This document shows positions 35,569-47,847 of a stretch of 64,000 nucleotides of DNA, piece by piece (positions within the stretch are counted from its first letter, which is position 1; each line of letters starts with the position of its first letter). The notes beneath the pieces were generated by a model. It did not search any database. It was not told where the DNA came from and saw only the letters and a list, made by a program, of their open reading frames with translations. This DNA comes from Schizochytrium sp. TIO01 (taxonomy: Eukaryota > Protista > Bigyra: Labyrinthulomycetes). Made by a program: the position numbers and the translations under genes. The stretch covers positions 8,910,761 to 8,974,760 of the forward strand of contig SMSO01000031.1 of the NCBI GenBank assembly GCA_004764695.1, written 5' to 3'.

Positions 35569-37182
35569 ATGTCAGCCCGCCGCAGAGGCCCAGTCTACGG
35601 TGGTGTGAGCTCCACGTCTCGCGGAGTTTCCAGCAGCCTAGCTTTTGACGATGGGGCCTCCGACGAGGATGCAGATGCCGATGGTTTCCTACACCTCAGA
35701 AGATCCCGGGTTCCTACGGCCACAGCTACTGCTCCCAGCCGCCGGGATGCCTTTATGGCCAACTGGGCTTCAACCCACGGCGGCTCCATGCCTCATTTCC
35801 GTCGTGACGGTTTCGATCCCGACTCTCGCTCTCAATCGCTACCATTCCTCCCTTCACCACTCCTCATGCGTGGGCTGAAACGACTTTTCCTCCGCGGCTT
35901 CGCAGCTTTCAGTGTGGCCTCCGCGCTGCTGGCTATGGCAGTCTCTTCAGCTGCTCTCGTGTACGCCGGTGTTTACATGAACCTTATGCCACCTTCTCTG
36001 CAGATTGAAGCACCAGTCTTCTTCGACTTTGATCTCGCCGACGCCGGTCAATCAGGTCTTAGCCGCATCGCGCTTGGTAACCCTCGTGACCAGGGTGTGT
36101 CGCTGCCTGCTGCTGACCTCGACCTGCTCCGCGCTGGCCGGCAATGGGTGCCTCGTCCAGGCCTCGAGGAGACCACAGACTTCAAGGCTGACAATTCCTT
36201 AGCTCCAGGATTTCTATACAACATTGGGCTGAGGCTGTATCTTCCCGAGGCGGACGATCATCTAAGAAACGTGGGTAACTTTATGGTCTCAGCTAGGCTT
36301 GAGTCTCGACGTCGCGTGGAGCTCGCCAGATCAAAGAGGCCTGCATTAGCGAGATCGAGGCCCCAACCAAAAATGTGGAGGGTCCGCTCGTGGCTTTCTT
36401 GGGCGACAATGCTTATCCCTCTGTGGCCAATTTGGGGAGGAGAGGAATATGATCCGGCCTTAGAGCTCGCACTTAAGGAACAGGCCTTCCAGCTCGTCGA
36501 TGTCTCGCTCTTTGAGGGGTTCAGGGAACGGTATGAGAATGATCTTCGAGTCAGATTCACTAAGCTACAACTGTCTAACCCCATGGTTCAACTCTATGGA
36601 GCCAAGATTGTATTTGATTGTCAGTTGGAAGGACTGGCGTACTATATGTACCACTATTTTTATTCCGCTTTTGCGATCTACTTATTCGCCATTTCAGGTA
36701 CAATTGCATTTGGATTGTACGGCGTTGCTGCTGCCTTTAGCCTTTTTACAGCCGTTTCGAGTTTCGCCGGTGATGATGAACCCAAGAGCTTCCGTGCCCC
36801 AGAAGGCGAGTTCTTTGATTACTATAATGGTTCAGGTGGTGGGCTTAACGATACGGTCAACATGCAACCTGGCCTTGGAGACATGAGTGCGCCATTTGCT
36901 CGCCGATACTCAGACTCAAGCTTCGATGATATGCTGCGGACCCCGAGCCCAAATGTGTCTACCCAGCGCCGGGCTCGTAGCCCTGCCGAACGTGTACGGA
37001 GTCGGGGGCGAAGTGCAAATCGCCAACAGCGACGAAGCCAGAGCATGCAGACTGGGCGTGCACGGGCGCGTATCCAGGAGCAAGGAAGGCGGCGTGAACA
37101 GCAAACACCACTTCCTTCGCCTCCAGCATCTCCTCTTTTTGGTGAAACCGGAGCAGAAAGCCTCCCGCATGCTGACTCATAG
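35569..37182 (+). CDS. BSCL2: Seipin-family lipid droplet assembly protein
   Basis: TM1 (SALLAMAVSSAALVYAGVY), PVFFDF, YNIGLRLYLPEA...NVGNFMV, a luminal hydrophobic helix, then LEGLAYYMYHYFYSAF and TM2, followed by a disordered tail. Confidence 0.9.
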   Translation: MSARRRGPVYGGVSSTSRGVSSSLAFDDGASDEDADADGFLHLRRSRVPTATATAPSRRDAFMANWASTHGGSMPHFRRDGFDPDSRSQSLPFLPSPLLMRGLKRLFLRGFAAFSVASALLAMAVSSAALVYAGVYMNLMPPSLQIEAPVFFDFDLADAGQSGLSRIALGNPRDQGVSLPAADLDLLRAGRQWVPRPGLEETTDFKADNSLAPGFLYNIGLRLYLPEADDHLRNVGNFMVSARLESRRRVELARSKRPALARSRPQPKMWRVRSWLSWATMLIPLWPIWGGEEYDPALELALKEQAFQLVDVSLFEGFRERYENDLRVRFTKLQLSNPMVQLYGAKIVFDCQLEGLAYYMYHYFYSAFAIYLFAISGTIAFGLYGVAAAFSLFTAVSSFAGDDEPKSFRAPEGEFFDYYNGSGGGLNDTVNMQPGLGDMSAPFARRYSDSSFDDMLRTPSPNVSTQRRARSPAERVRSRGRSANRQQRRSQSMQTGRARARIQEQGRRREQQTPLPSPPASPLFGETGAESLPHADS

Positions 37183-37818
37183 TCCCACTTTACATTTCTC
37201 AACTCCGCGTTGATTATTTTTTAAATAGTAATATGTGTAGCGAAGTAAGTTCATAGAGAGTTGATCATGTGTCATTTCCTGACTCTAGGTTTTAAGCAAA
37301 CGATGTTCTGTAAACTGTCCAAAAAGATTTTACTCTTTTCTTTAGCGTCTGGTTTCAATTCTTCACTCCTTAAAACCCTTCTCCTCATTTTCTATGTTGT
37401 TGTTGCTGTCGGGCAAGAAGAAAACAAATAGCTTAGAAAGAATACAGCCACCAATCTGTATGCAATTCAAAATTTAAGCATATATATATATTCACTCTTT
37501 AAATGGAGAATTTAGTCCTTATGACCGACCTTTACGCATTATACAATGCGTACTAACACACTCAACCATTGCGGATCTCGCTTTAAAGACCCTTCCATTC
37601 CGTTTTCGGACAGCAATAGAAAATTGCATAATGACGATAATCTTGCTTTCGCGCGATCTCTGTAATATTTAAATTTTAAAAAAAAAAGAGCTTTAAAACA
37701 TGAAAATAACAATCATATCTATCTCAGACTTCGCAGTCAAAACCACAACCTAAGCTAGCTTCTGTTTTTCTCTTCTGTTGCCTAAGTACGATATTCTCTG
37801 GCAAATTGTGAGAGCAAA

Positions 37819-39267
37819 TCAGGCCGAGGATGGCACATGGTAGAAGTTTGTGTAGCAAAGGTAAATCGCCTCGATGAAGACAAAAAAGCAAAGAACCCAA
37901 AACATTGGAAAGGGTTTCTTTCCTAAACCCTGAATTGCAGGAGCAGCGTTTGCCTCCCAATAAGCATCCCAGCGCTCTTTAGTGGAATTTGCAACACCCT
38001 GGCGAAGTTTTTTGAGTTTTGCTTCCGAACCATCCTCAAATAATACACTCTTCATTTGGTCTGCTAATTCCGTTTCTGTACGAAAAACTAGACCATTTTC
38101 TCCATGTTGCACCAGCTCATCTAAGCAAGGATAGTCAACAGCACATACGGGTAGACCCGCACCGAACATATCCACAACCTTCATTGGCAAATCGAGACCA
38201 GAAGATGATGTGTGCAAACAAACGCCAAGATCCATACAACTAAGAAGCAGAGGATAATCTGCGTGCTCCAACCACACGGATCGAACAGAGACGTGCTTCA
38301 GACCCAAACTTTTCACCTTGTCCATGTACATGTCACGCTGTGGCCCTTTGCCAGTAACAACACAAATAATACCTCGAGAGGACACGGATGGGTCTTTATC
38401 CAAGGTAGCTAAGGCTGCAAGGAGGATGCCAAAGTCTTCATCGGGAGTCCAGCTTGTTGAAGACACAATTAAAGCCGGGCGGTCTTCCCTAATAACTGCA
38501 TCTCGACCTTGCTTAGTTGTGAATATATTACCTTGGCCGTCGGAGATAGAATTCCCTAATCTTTGCCAAAACTGATGTTGCTCCTGTATCTCTAAAGGTC
38601 GAAAAATTGCTGGCGGTTTGTCGTAAAGCACGCTGACAAGTTTGCTCGAAAGGCTAAATTCGGCTTCCAGCCACTGCTTTAGTGCAGAAGTAACACATAA
38701 GTGAGCATCACCAATCCAGCGACCGAGTAACTCTTCATACAACCGCGCCCCACGCACAGCTGGGTGTTTCGTGCCAGTACGGAACGAAAGCGCGAGAATT
38801 GTAAAGCCAAGGTTATGCCAGTCAATTACTACACGGGTGCCTCTGATGAGCCTTAGGAGCGCAAGAACCAGAAATGTGGGGATACATGGTGGGTTTTGCA
38901 CAAGTACTACATCAAGGTCTGGGATCCGAACCAAACTGACCAAAAGCTGAGCTATCTGCTCTACAATCTTTACTGGTGCGTACAAGAGCAAGAACTTTCG
39001 TGGGAGACCTGCGGTAATCGATTCTGCAAGCCTAATTTCTTGAATCTTGTCTTGTTCCTGAACACCGGCAATACATGCGCTACCTTGAGTACCCACAAGG
39101 GAGATCTGCTCAACCCAGTCCTGTTTTGCCAAGGATACTGCATGAAATTGCATCCGAGGCGACCTTCCTACATCACCAAGCACCAGCACCGCAACATTCA
39201 TCTTCACGGCCTGTGCTTTAGCTTCTGCAACGTCAGTTTGATTTGCCGCCTCAGCCTTGGAAGGCAT
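37819..39267 (-). CDS. ALG1: Chitobiosyldiphosphodolichol beta-1,4-mannosyltransferase
   Basis: VLGDVGRSPRMQFHA, VQNPPCIP, IDWHNLGF, SSTSWTPDEDFGIL and CLHTSSSGLDLPMKVVDMFGAGLPV. First in-frame ATG is 39267. Confidence 0.95.
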   Translation of the reverse strand: MPSKAEAANQTDVAEAKAQAVKMNVAVLVLGDVGRSPRMQFHAVSLAKQDWVEQISLVGTQGSACIAGVQEQDKIQEIRLAESITAGLPRKFLLLYAPVKIVEQIAQLLVSLVRIPDLDVVLVQNPPCIPTFLVLALLRLIRGTRVVIDWHNLGFTILALSFRTGTKHPAVRGARLYEELLGRWIGDAHLCVTSALKQWLEAEFSLSSKLVSVLYDKPPAIFRPLEIQEQHQFWQRLGNSISDGQGNIFTTKQGRDAVIREDRPALIVSSTSWTPDEDFGILLAALATLDKDPSVSSRGIICVVTGKGPQRDMYMDKVKSLGLKHVSVRSVWLEHADYPLLLSCMDLGVCLHTSSSGLDLPMKVVDMFGAGLPVCAVDYPCLDELVQHGENGLVFRTETELADQMKSVLFEDGSEAKLKKLRQGVANSTKERWDAYWEANAAPAIQGLGKKPFPMFWVLCFFVFIEAIYLCYTNFYHVPSSA

Positions 39268-40679
39268 TATTGGTAACCTTCCTTGCCCTCGCAAGCGAGA
39301 AGCGTTGACAGTCGTGGCTCGAAGGTTGGTGATCTGTCTCTGGCCATTCTTGCCGTAGATATATATAGAGTATATTACTAAGGTATTTGTTAAGAAGTAG
39401 AGTTTAGGTAAGAAAATGGAATGGCCAAGGAACCACCAAGGCTTCAAAAACTCCAAGTGAAGTGAAACTTCAAGTCAAATTATCAAAGTACTTTAACTAG
39501 AAGTTTGACATCTCAGCAAGGACTTTGATCGCTTCCTCAGAGACAATCGCGAATACGCAAGTGAAGATGTTGAGCGCACCTATGGCAGCACTGACTTCTG
39601 AGAACCATTTTCTACGCCAGAGTGTCCTTCGCCAAGAAAAAAGAGAATGTCAACTGCCAGATTGGTGATCTCCAGCATGGCTATCCAGACGCCTCCGTAT
39701 TCTACAAAGACATCGGTAGAGGGGTTAACTTCTAAAGGCCGAGCTTGCGCAACCTACTGGACTACTGAGATTCACCATAAGCTTGCACTTTGGCTCTGTG
39801 AAAACTACCGTATCCTTTTGCATAAATTTGAAAACTTAACAAGTTAATAAGACGGACCAAAATCAAGGCAGCTCGAATGTTGTGTCGTTCGTTGGTTTCC
39901 AATAAGGTCTCATTCACAAAGCCGAGTTTTCCCCCAGCAAGTGATTGAACTAAGTGTGATTTGCCGAGAGGATTGCACCTCAAAAATATGCAATTTACGT
40001 GATTCCATTCACGACAAGCTCGGAACATCCAAGGTTTCCGAATGCCCAAAATGCAAACACGTAGCTGATCGTGATATCCACGCCGTCAAAGGCATTCATT
40101 TGCGCTACTTCTTATTCAAGGACATGATCTAAGAATTCTCTTTGAGTCATGGGTTAGTTTTTAGCCCGCGAGTGTGCCTGGAACTCAACTATGTCACCAT
40201 AGGAAATGTTACTCTAACAAACTTTATAGGTTAATTTCTACATGATTGGTTTAGGTGGGACGAAATAGTAGTGACAACAGCAATATTAGGTGTCTGTTTT
40301 GGGCAGAGCATCAAATGTATTCATGCTCTCGTCAGTTAAGGCCTCTAAACTAGTGCCCTGTTCTTTTCGTATATGTATGCTGCTAGTACCTACTGATGCT
40401 GTAAATTTATGGTTTTTTCTGAAGTGCTTGCAGAAGCATGTCAGTTGCTAGCTAGAAGAAATCGAACTTTTCAATAGAGAAGGCCAACTTGAATTTTCAT
40501 TTCATGGAGCATCAGGTTCTCCATAGACCTTGGCTCAACTCCCATGATTTCTCTTCGAAATGTATTGGTCTATTGCCTAAGGCAGATAATGAGAAACGAC
40601 GGGCGAAATTGCAGCCGCCATTGTGAAAAAGATCAAAGAGAAAATATAGGGAAAATATAGGCTACTATGTTAATCATAT

Positions 40680-42308
40680 TCACTCAGTCAAGCCCATGCC
40701 TGAAAGCATAGCAGGATCACGAGGCAGCATCAGGTGCGGACCAAAAAAGGTTTCAAAGACACCATGTGCCAAGAAGATACTCGCAGTGATAATGAGAGCC
40801 ATGGAAAACTGGGCGTCCTGGCACTCGACGTCATTCTTGTCGATACACTTGCTCTTGGTCATACTGAACGCAAGTGAGATTGCCATCACAACTATGGAGT
40901 CAATGATAGAAATGAAAGGACCAACGAAGCCAAAAATTTTGCCGCTGCCTTCGACAGATGTCACCATGCCTTGAAGGAGAGTTTCAAAGCCAATCTTGGG
41001 CGCAGTGGAGAGCAAGAAGAAGAGGATAACAGCTAGAAAAACCAGGCCACGTGAAATATATGCTGTAGTGGAATGCAGATCGTGGGGGTTACTGCGCTCC
41101 AGTCCATAGGCGAGCAACAAAATCCATACCGAAGCACTAGCCATCAACACAGACACAAACAACGGGCGGAATCCTGCCTTCTTAGTCGGAACCTTCCAGC
41201 ACGAGTGCATAAAAAAACCTGCAACTACGGCACCAAGCTTACCCACAGCAACAATAAGAGCAGTGTATAGGTTTGTCCTCGTAGGGTCTCCGTTACCAAA
41301 GAATCGTGAGGTGTACGCGTACTCCGTGGCCACAACAGCAACCATCGCATCCTCGATAGCAACCTCCAGGCCAAGAAACAAAAGACGCCAGCGGATGGGT
41401 CGCGTCTTCCACGTGAGCACAGCACCCTCCCACAGAGACTTGAGGATACCGCTGTTCTCCTGAGAAGCTGCCGCCTCTTGCGCTTGCTCCTGTTGGGAAC
41501 CATCGGCCTCGGTGTCGGAGGGAGCAACAGAGGAGCTCGCATTGGGCGTGTTTCCAATAACGTTCATGTAGCAGTAGAGTGAAATGGCAGAGGTGACGAG
41601 GAAGACGACCGCGAAAGTAAACACAAGGATACCAGATTTCAGAGCATTCTCGTCTTCCTGGGACATGTCCTTTTGGGTGGCCTTCTCTCCGATGAACCAG
41701 GCGAGCAGAGCAACAGCTGGCGTGAAGATGAGAAAACTCGTGTCAAAGGCAATGTGGAAGGTAGAGTTGAGCTTGTTGCGCATAGCATCTGTGACGGTGA
41801 GGCCCTTTTGACCGCCAAGGATATCTGTCCCGCCCATGTCAACGTCAACGACGTTCGCAAAAGCGACTTGAACGCCATCGATAAAGCAGAGCGCCACAAC
41901 AACGAGAAAGAGAGCCTCAGAGGAATCCACAACACGGTAGGATGACACGAAGAGAAGCCATACAAGCGGAAGGAGGAGTCCGAAAATGGCAAGGCGTCCA
42001 AAGGTGGTCCAAGAGAGGATTTTCTCCATCTTCATCCTCTCGGCGAACACGCCAGCAAAGGGACTGATGAGGAGGAGGGCCACGTTAAAGGCAACGCGGG
42101 AAGCTCCAAGGACATTCTCATTGCCTACGAGAGCAAGAGCAAGGGGCGAGAGACCCACCCACCACAACGAGACGCGTAGCCCATAAGCGCACTGACCAAC
42201 AAGGTACGCGCGGAACACGGGGCCCAGACGGCCATCCTCAGCGGCAGGGGGCGTGCCAGAGCCCAGGAGCGGCTCAAGCCCCGAGTTCCGGTCTCCGTCC
42301 TCCGTCAT
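40680..42308 (-). CDS. Major facilitator superfamily-like transporter
   Basis: About 12 hydrophobic segments in two halves around a polar central loop. Motif-A-like SPFAGVFAERMKMEK follows TM2. First ATG is 42308. Substrate unknown. Confidence 0.75.
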   Translation of the reverse strand: MTEDGDRNSGLEPLLGSGTPPAAEDGRLGPVFRAYLVGQCAYGLRVSLWWVGLSPLALALVGNENVLGASRVAFNVALLLISPFAGVFAERMKMEKILSWTTFGRLAIFGLLLPLVWLLFVSSYRVVDSSEALFLVVVALCFIDGVQVAFANVVDVDMGGTDILGGQKGLTVTDAMRNKLNSTFHIAFDTSFLIFTPAVALLAWFIGEKATQKDMSQEDENALKSGILVFTFAVVFLVTSAISLYCYMNVIGNTPNASSSVAPSDTEADGSQQEQAQEAAASQENSGILKSLWEGAVLTWKTRPIRWRLLFLGLEVAIEDAMVAVVATEYAYTSRFFGNGDPTRTNLYTALIVAVGKLGAVVAGFFMHSCWKVPTKKAGFRPLFVSVLMASASVWILLLAYGLERSNPHDLHSTTAYISRGLVFLAVILFFLLSTAPKIGFETLLQGMVTSVEGSGKIFGFVGPFISIIDSIVVMAISLAFSMTKSKCIDKNDVECQDAQFSMALIITASIFLAHGVFETFFGPHLMLPRDPAMLSGMGLTE

Positions 42309-45300
42309 GGCGCAAGGTGACCTCAAATGTGTCCTGCCTAGGTTACGCGGGTCGCCAGAGCAAGGAGCTCTGTGCGGAAGAAGGTTTGCTGCTCAGATCG
42401 AACTTGAACTATTTCGCCATTTGACAACGATTTGGAGATCTTCTAAAAGAGGGAGAAAAAGAGAATCTTTCCCCCTTTCTCTTCTTTCCTTTCATGATAG
42501 GCTCACTAAACATTTTCTATCGATTTCCTTTTTGGAGACGGCATCGTGCGTAGAATCAATCCTCTGCGAAGACACTGGAGATAAAGCTAGCGCTTGCGGT
42601 ATCTGTGAACTCAGAAGCGCGAGTCTATAGCACAAGAGCCTTCGCCTGCAGAAGAGGTGCTTCAGGCTCAACCTCTTAGAATTCCTCATCGAAGATCTCT
42701 CTATCGCTTTTAGCTTTCAGGCTGTTTTCTTTTATTTTATAGTCGAAGAGACTCGTGTGGAGGAGAAGAGTTGACAGAAGAAAGCAGCAAGGCACGCACG
42801 AGAGTGGCGAAGCTGTGTGAGGTGAATCGATCACGTGCTCGAGAGGGACGCAAGAGCCTCGCGAGGGTGGTTGCTTTAAGCGTTGGTGACGTTTGGGTTG
42901 ACGAACGCGAGTCGAAACTATTTATGATTCCTCAACTCAGGATCCCACGCACCGCTTCAGATCTTTTGATCTCTTTTACTTTTTCTTGTCCTTCTCTTCT
43001 TTTTGCATGTTCTTTTTCCTAATTCCTTTTTCTTTTTCTTGGCGACAAACTTAACTTGAATTGAAAAGGTAACTTGAACACCATGTTATCCCTTAGGTTA
43101 AACATCATCATGCATTCTCTAGAGCTACTTTATTCCCTCTTAGCCACGACCTTCTCAGGCTCCAATCAAGTTGGTCTTCAGACCCTGCAGCTACTGAGGT
43201 ACCATGCCTATTGCCGCATGTGGAGTTAATCCTGAGCAAAGTATACCTGTCCAGAGCTTGAGGTCCACCCCTTCATCGGTTCCATGAATGCGTTCACATA
43301 TCCCTCGAATCCCTCGAAGATCGCAATAGTTCTACTTTCATTCAGGACTTCAGGTTCTTAGTGTATAGGAGTAGGTTAGTGCCCGCTACACGCCACTTCA
43401 GTGGGTAAACGTGCATGCTACATAGGTATACGTGCTGCGCCCTACTCACTATGTAATGTAGTAGATACGGGTGGTACATTCCCGTTCAGCTTACGGGAAG
43501 TTTGCAATGGGTGCAAAGCCACTACTAAGCACTGCGCAGGCCACCCAGTCAGTCGTGCTCGCAGCCAGTCACTTTGGCGACCCAAGCAACCAAGCACAGC
43601 ACGAGTTGGGCCGAAAAGCACTCCGCTACGAAGTCAAGGTGTTGCTTGTCAATTCGAGGTCAGTGCAGAACGTAAGGAGGACACTCCAGCTAGCCAGGTT
43701 CAAGTTCTCACGTTCGCGAGCAGTTCAAGCTGCCCTTGAGACTTCTGTTGGAGACCTGAACCACGATGATATCTACCATATGCAAAAGATCAGCTTTGAT
43801 GACAAGAATGGTTAGTAAAAACATAGGTAGGTACCTACCCTACCTACCTCTAGAGGCTATTCAGGATCAAGGATTATATGGTAAAGCTTATTTGGCGAGA
43901 ATGTGCTCTTGGGCGCAATTGAACCAATCAATATACTAGTAGGGACTGTGGCTTGGAGCTCACTTGTGGTATTCAGAGAAGCATGTTGGAAGAGAAACCA
44001 CCAAAGATAAATTGACGTACCTAGGTACCTAGAATATATGAGGTGGTGCGTCACTACAGTCCAATCCTTATATATAGGTATAATAGTACAAATCACTTTG
44101 CTGTCGTACCAAAGGCTGTTTCCGTCCTGTGGAATGAAACTGAATTTTCTCTAATTTTGCCTTTTCACAAAAGTACCAACGACTCTAAATTTGAAATTTA
44201 ATACTATTGTTGCTGCAGAGAAGAATACTTGAAGAAGTTGGACAATACTTAGCTTTGGAAAAAGAAGTATGACTTCCATGTTGGTCTGTAGTGCTTAGTC
44301 CAATCTCCTATGCATTCAAATTTTAAAATACTCCATATCTACATCATCACGAATTTTTCATCACGAGTTTTTCATCACAAATTGTGTGAGATTTTGATTG
44401 GACATGTTGGCATAAATTACTCATAAGCTAAGTAGGTTTTGTGAACTTATGTTGGTCAGAATTTGATGACGGAGTTGAGTGATTGAAGTGATTTTTATCT
44501 TTTGTTTCAATTCATGATGCTAACGTAGACCCATAATTAGTCAGCACTCTTGTCCTGCTTAAATAACAATCCCAATCCATGTAGAACTGCCATATACTCC
44601 ACACGACAGAACAGGAAATAGTCTTCTCTGTCAGACTAGCTTAGAGAGCATTCGCATAGAAGCAGTACTCCGCTTTGGTATTACAATAGAAGCACATATC
44701 AACCAGACGATCAGCTGTACTTAAGGCAATCTAAGACAAGAAGTTTACATATTAGGGGGCATCAGGGATGCGTAAGAAATGAATAATCACCCCAGATCTT
44801 CTTTTATTAAGACAATAAACTAAAGTAGAATTTGTCAAACGCCATGAATATAAATGAGGAAGCTATTCGTCATCGCGACAACTTCGTTGAACCTATGTCT
44901 GCAAGAGCAAGCCTTTCCACTACATTGAGTGAATTTTGAATTTATTAATCAATGAAGAAAAGAGCCACAATTCTCTGCTCGAAATTCACAACGCAAACCC
45001 ACAGCATATAGTTAACAAAATAGGAAGCCAATGCTTGTTCAAATAATCCAAGATATGACCGTGCTCCATACGCAGTTCCATTAGCTCGCCACACTTCTTC
45101 GCCAATATCAGGCAGCGTTACACTCTTTTGCATGCGGGATAACTTAAATATATATATTTCTGAACTTTAATTAACAGTAGATGTCGTTCAACAGCATGTT
45201 TTGAGCGGATATTTCACCAATCAAGAAGTCTGCACTTCACAGACCTAGATAATGAGCTTCTCACCTATTTTCTATTCTCCAACATAAAATATGGCTGTTC

Positions 45301-47847
45301 TACACATATAGAATGCTTGATGTAATGACTGAAGAAATTTCAGAGTACTGACACTACACGGAGAACCAGAAAAGTTGCGCACTGGTAGTACCAGCAATTA
45401 GAACAGTAAATGTAAATTCCAGCAAATGCCAGTAAATAACTCTTCAAGGCGGCCTTGCTCACCGTGAGGATCAGCAAACTGGTAGCTTGGTGTGTGTGTG
45501 TGTAAGCTCAGAAATATCTGCAGTGTCCGCACTGAGTCTCCATGTATATAGTCAAACAACTTCAAATGATGGCCCCACTTCATAATATCTTTATCTGTAA
45601 CGGATAAATTGAAGTATTCTTTACATTGCTGGTTACGTCAAGGCTATTGAATGCTTGCTTTGCTGTATCGAGCTGGTGCTTAGGCTACTTCATAACCTGC
45701 AGAAATCGTTTTATAACGTTGAAAGCCCGGCCCGAGACGTTTCTCCTTCCTTTAAACTTAATACCTACTGCTAGCTTCCTGCACCGCGCGCTGGTGAACC
45801 AAATGCCCTGCAAAAGTGGTAACGAATGTAAGAAAGGCAATGCAGACAGCAATTCTGAGTCCGACTTTGAGCTGTATTCTTGCAAGTCTGGCTTGGTTTT
45901 CTGGCAGTGAAACTTGCGAAAGGTTCGTTTTATTCTGCAATGTGGTACTTTGTCGACGAGAAGCACGCAAAACCCGGAGTGCTGTAGGTTTGCCTGCAGA
46001 TACGACGGGGAAAAAAATTGTATGGCTTGCATTTGCCTTTGCTTCCAGGCAATCGGCGTTTTCCAATCATGCTTGAATACCCAACCATTGTCCATCGACC
46101 AAGTCCCAAGATACTGAAGGTGTTAAAACCGTAAGCTCACATCGCATAGTGCAGATCATGCCATGCTTCGTCGACTATGTATGGAACGAAGAGAAATCAA
46201 TACCAGAATCCCATCACTGGCTGGCATTTTCAGAAATATCACCTCATTGGTATGCACATCATACAACGTAGTCTGAACTTCGAGGCTTTCGTCGACTCTC
46301 TGCTTCTTTTCTTTTCTTTTCTTTCTTAATAGAGAGCAATTAGATCAAAAAGCCACGCGGCACTCTTATGCAATTTTTGATGTCTCGCTTGGCCGTTGGT
46401 CGAAAGCACCTTTCTACCTGACATTACGTTCTTTTTTTCTTTTCCTTTTTTTTCTTAAAAAATAAATAATCATATTATTATTTTAGTATTATTAATGAAA
46501 TTTTATAAATTAGGTAGCACCTAGTAAGCAAATAAATGCACCGAAGGGGAAGTTTGAATTATTCTTGTGTCATACCTAGACATAAAGAACATCAAAGGAT
46601 CAAACTTATCAAATCCTATTACTTGGTTTTCAAGATATGCGTTTTGTCATGAAAAAAACAACAACAGCGTCCCTCGAGTTCAATGACCTACCTGCCATGG
46701 CCACAACATAAGAAGGTCTTCCAGCACCTGCTCAGAGTGGCTACCAAGTTTATTACTACATGGTAATAACTCGACATTACTTGAGGATCAAAAGTACCGT
46801 TAACCACCTGTCACCTTGTGATCACCAATGTTCGAGCCAATCTTAAAAGTTAGTCGATCCCCTTGCTTTCCTTTCTGAAATTCACTGGTATACTTCCACT
46901 GATGGACTACAGTTGCTTGCAGGCTTCCTTTCTCAACCCCCCCCCCACCTTAACCCCCCTTCTATCCACTGAGGTATTAAGGTATCAAGACAAAAAGCCA
47001 AGTCGCAGCTCAGAGGTTGAAAAATCACTTCTGCTGCAAGGAAAATTACAACACACAAGAACGTAACTAAATCCCCGAGGAAAACACATTAACTACAGTT
47101 AGAACCTTAGAGATGCCTCAGAGATGTCACTTCCATATGTCAGGTATACCAGATAAGAAATAAAAACTAGAAAATTAAATTCGTTGGATATCGAAATTAC
47201 TGCAGGGAAGTACTCCAGAGGTTTACTTACTGGAAACTCGATGACTATCTTAAGTAAAATTAGTGCTTATTTAACAGCTACTCACTTCGTTGAAGCGTTC
47301 TAGTGCGTGTGTGGCCGTCGCAATTTTTATAGAGCTTTGCCTACCACCTTGCTTGAAGAGAATTCTGTAACATGTAGGGGGAAGCAAACCGCGGGTAATA
47401 GATCTCCCATACCAGTGCAATTGTAAGACTTGCAAGTGTCAGATATATGGACCATCGCGGCTTCAATTTGAAAGCAACGGATGCTGAAATAGTGCGTTTT
47501 TCTTTCATTTAGAGAGGGGTCTTGTGGAAATTCTACCACCTAAATTTGTTGACCTTAAATAATGATTAGTATTATCTTGAACAGGTGACAGCGGTTGTGA
47601 AATACTTTAACACTATGCCAAGAAATAATGATTGTCTTTCTTTTAACTCGACTTACTCTTACGATGAAGCTAATGTCTTGGACTCAAATACTCCTTGCAA
47701 ACCCCAAACAAGCGTATCTGAGTTTCAACTATTCCGGAGTTGCTCATCTGCGCCTTGTTTTGATCTGAAGAGTTACGAATTGTGGTTTAGGTACAAGGAT
47801 CTAGGTGCCAAGAGGGTGGTAGCAAGTAGTTGGTGCTCCTCTATAAA

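Noticed and set aside
39268-39456. 63-aa N-terminal extension of ALG1 in the ORF track
   Set aside because: It starts at TTG, contains no ATG and is AT-rich, so it is more likely 5' UTR.
43824-44032. Short GGTACC/CCTAGG-centred palindromes
   Set aside because: They are 12-14 bp and derive from the locally common TAGG/CCTA repeat. No element or target-site duplication is evident.
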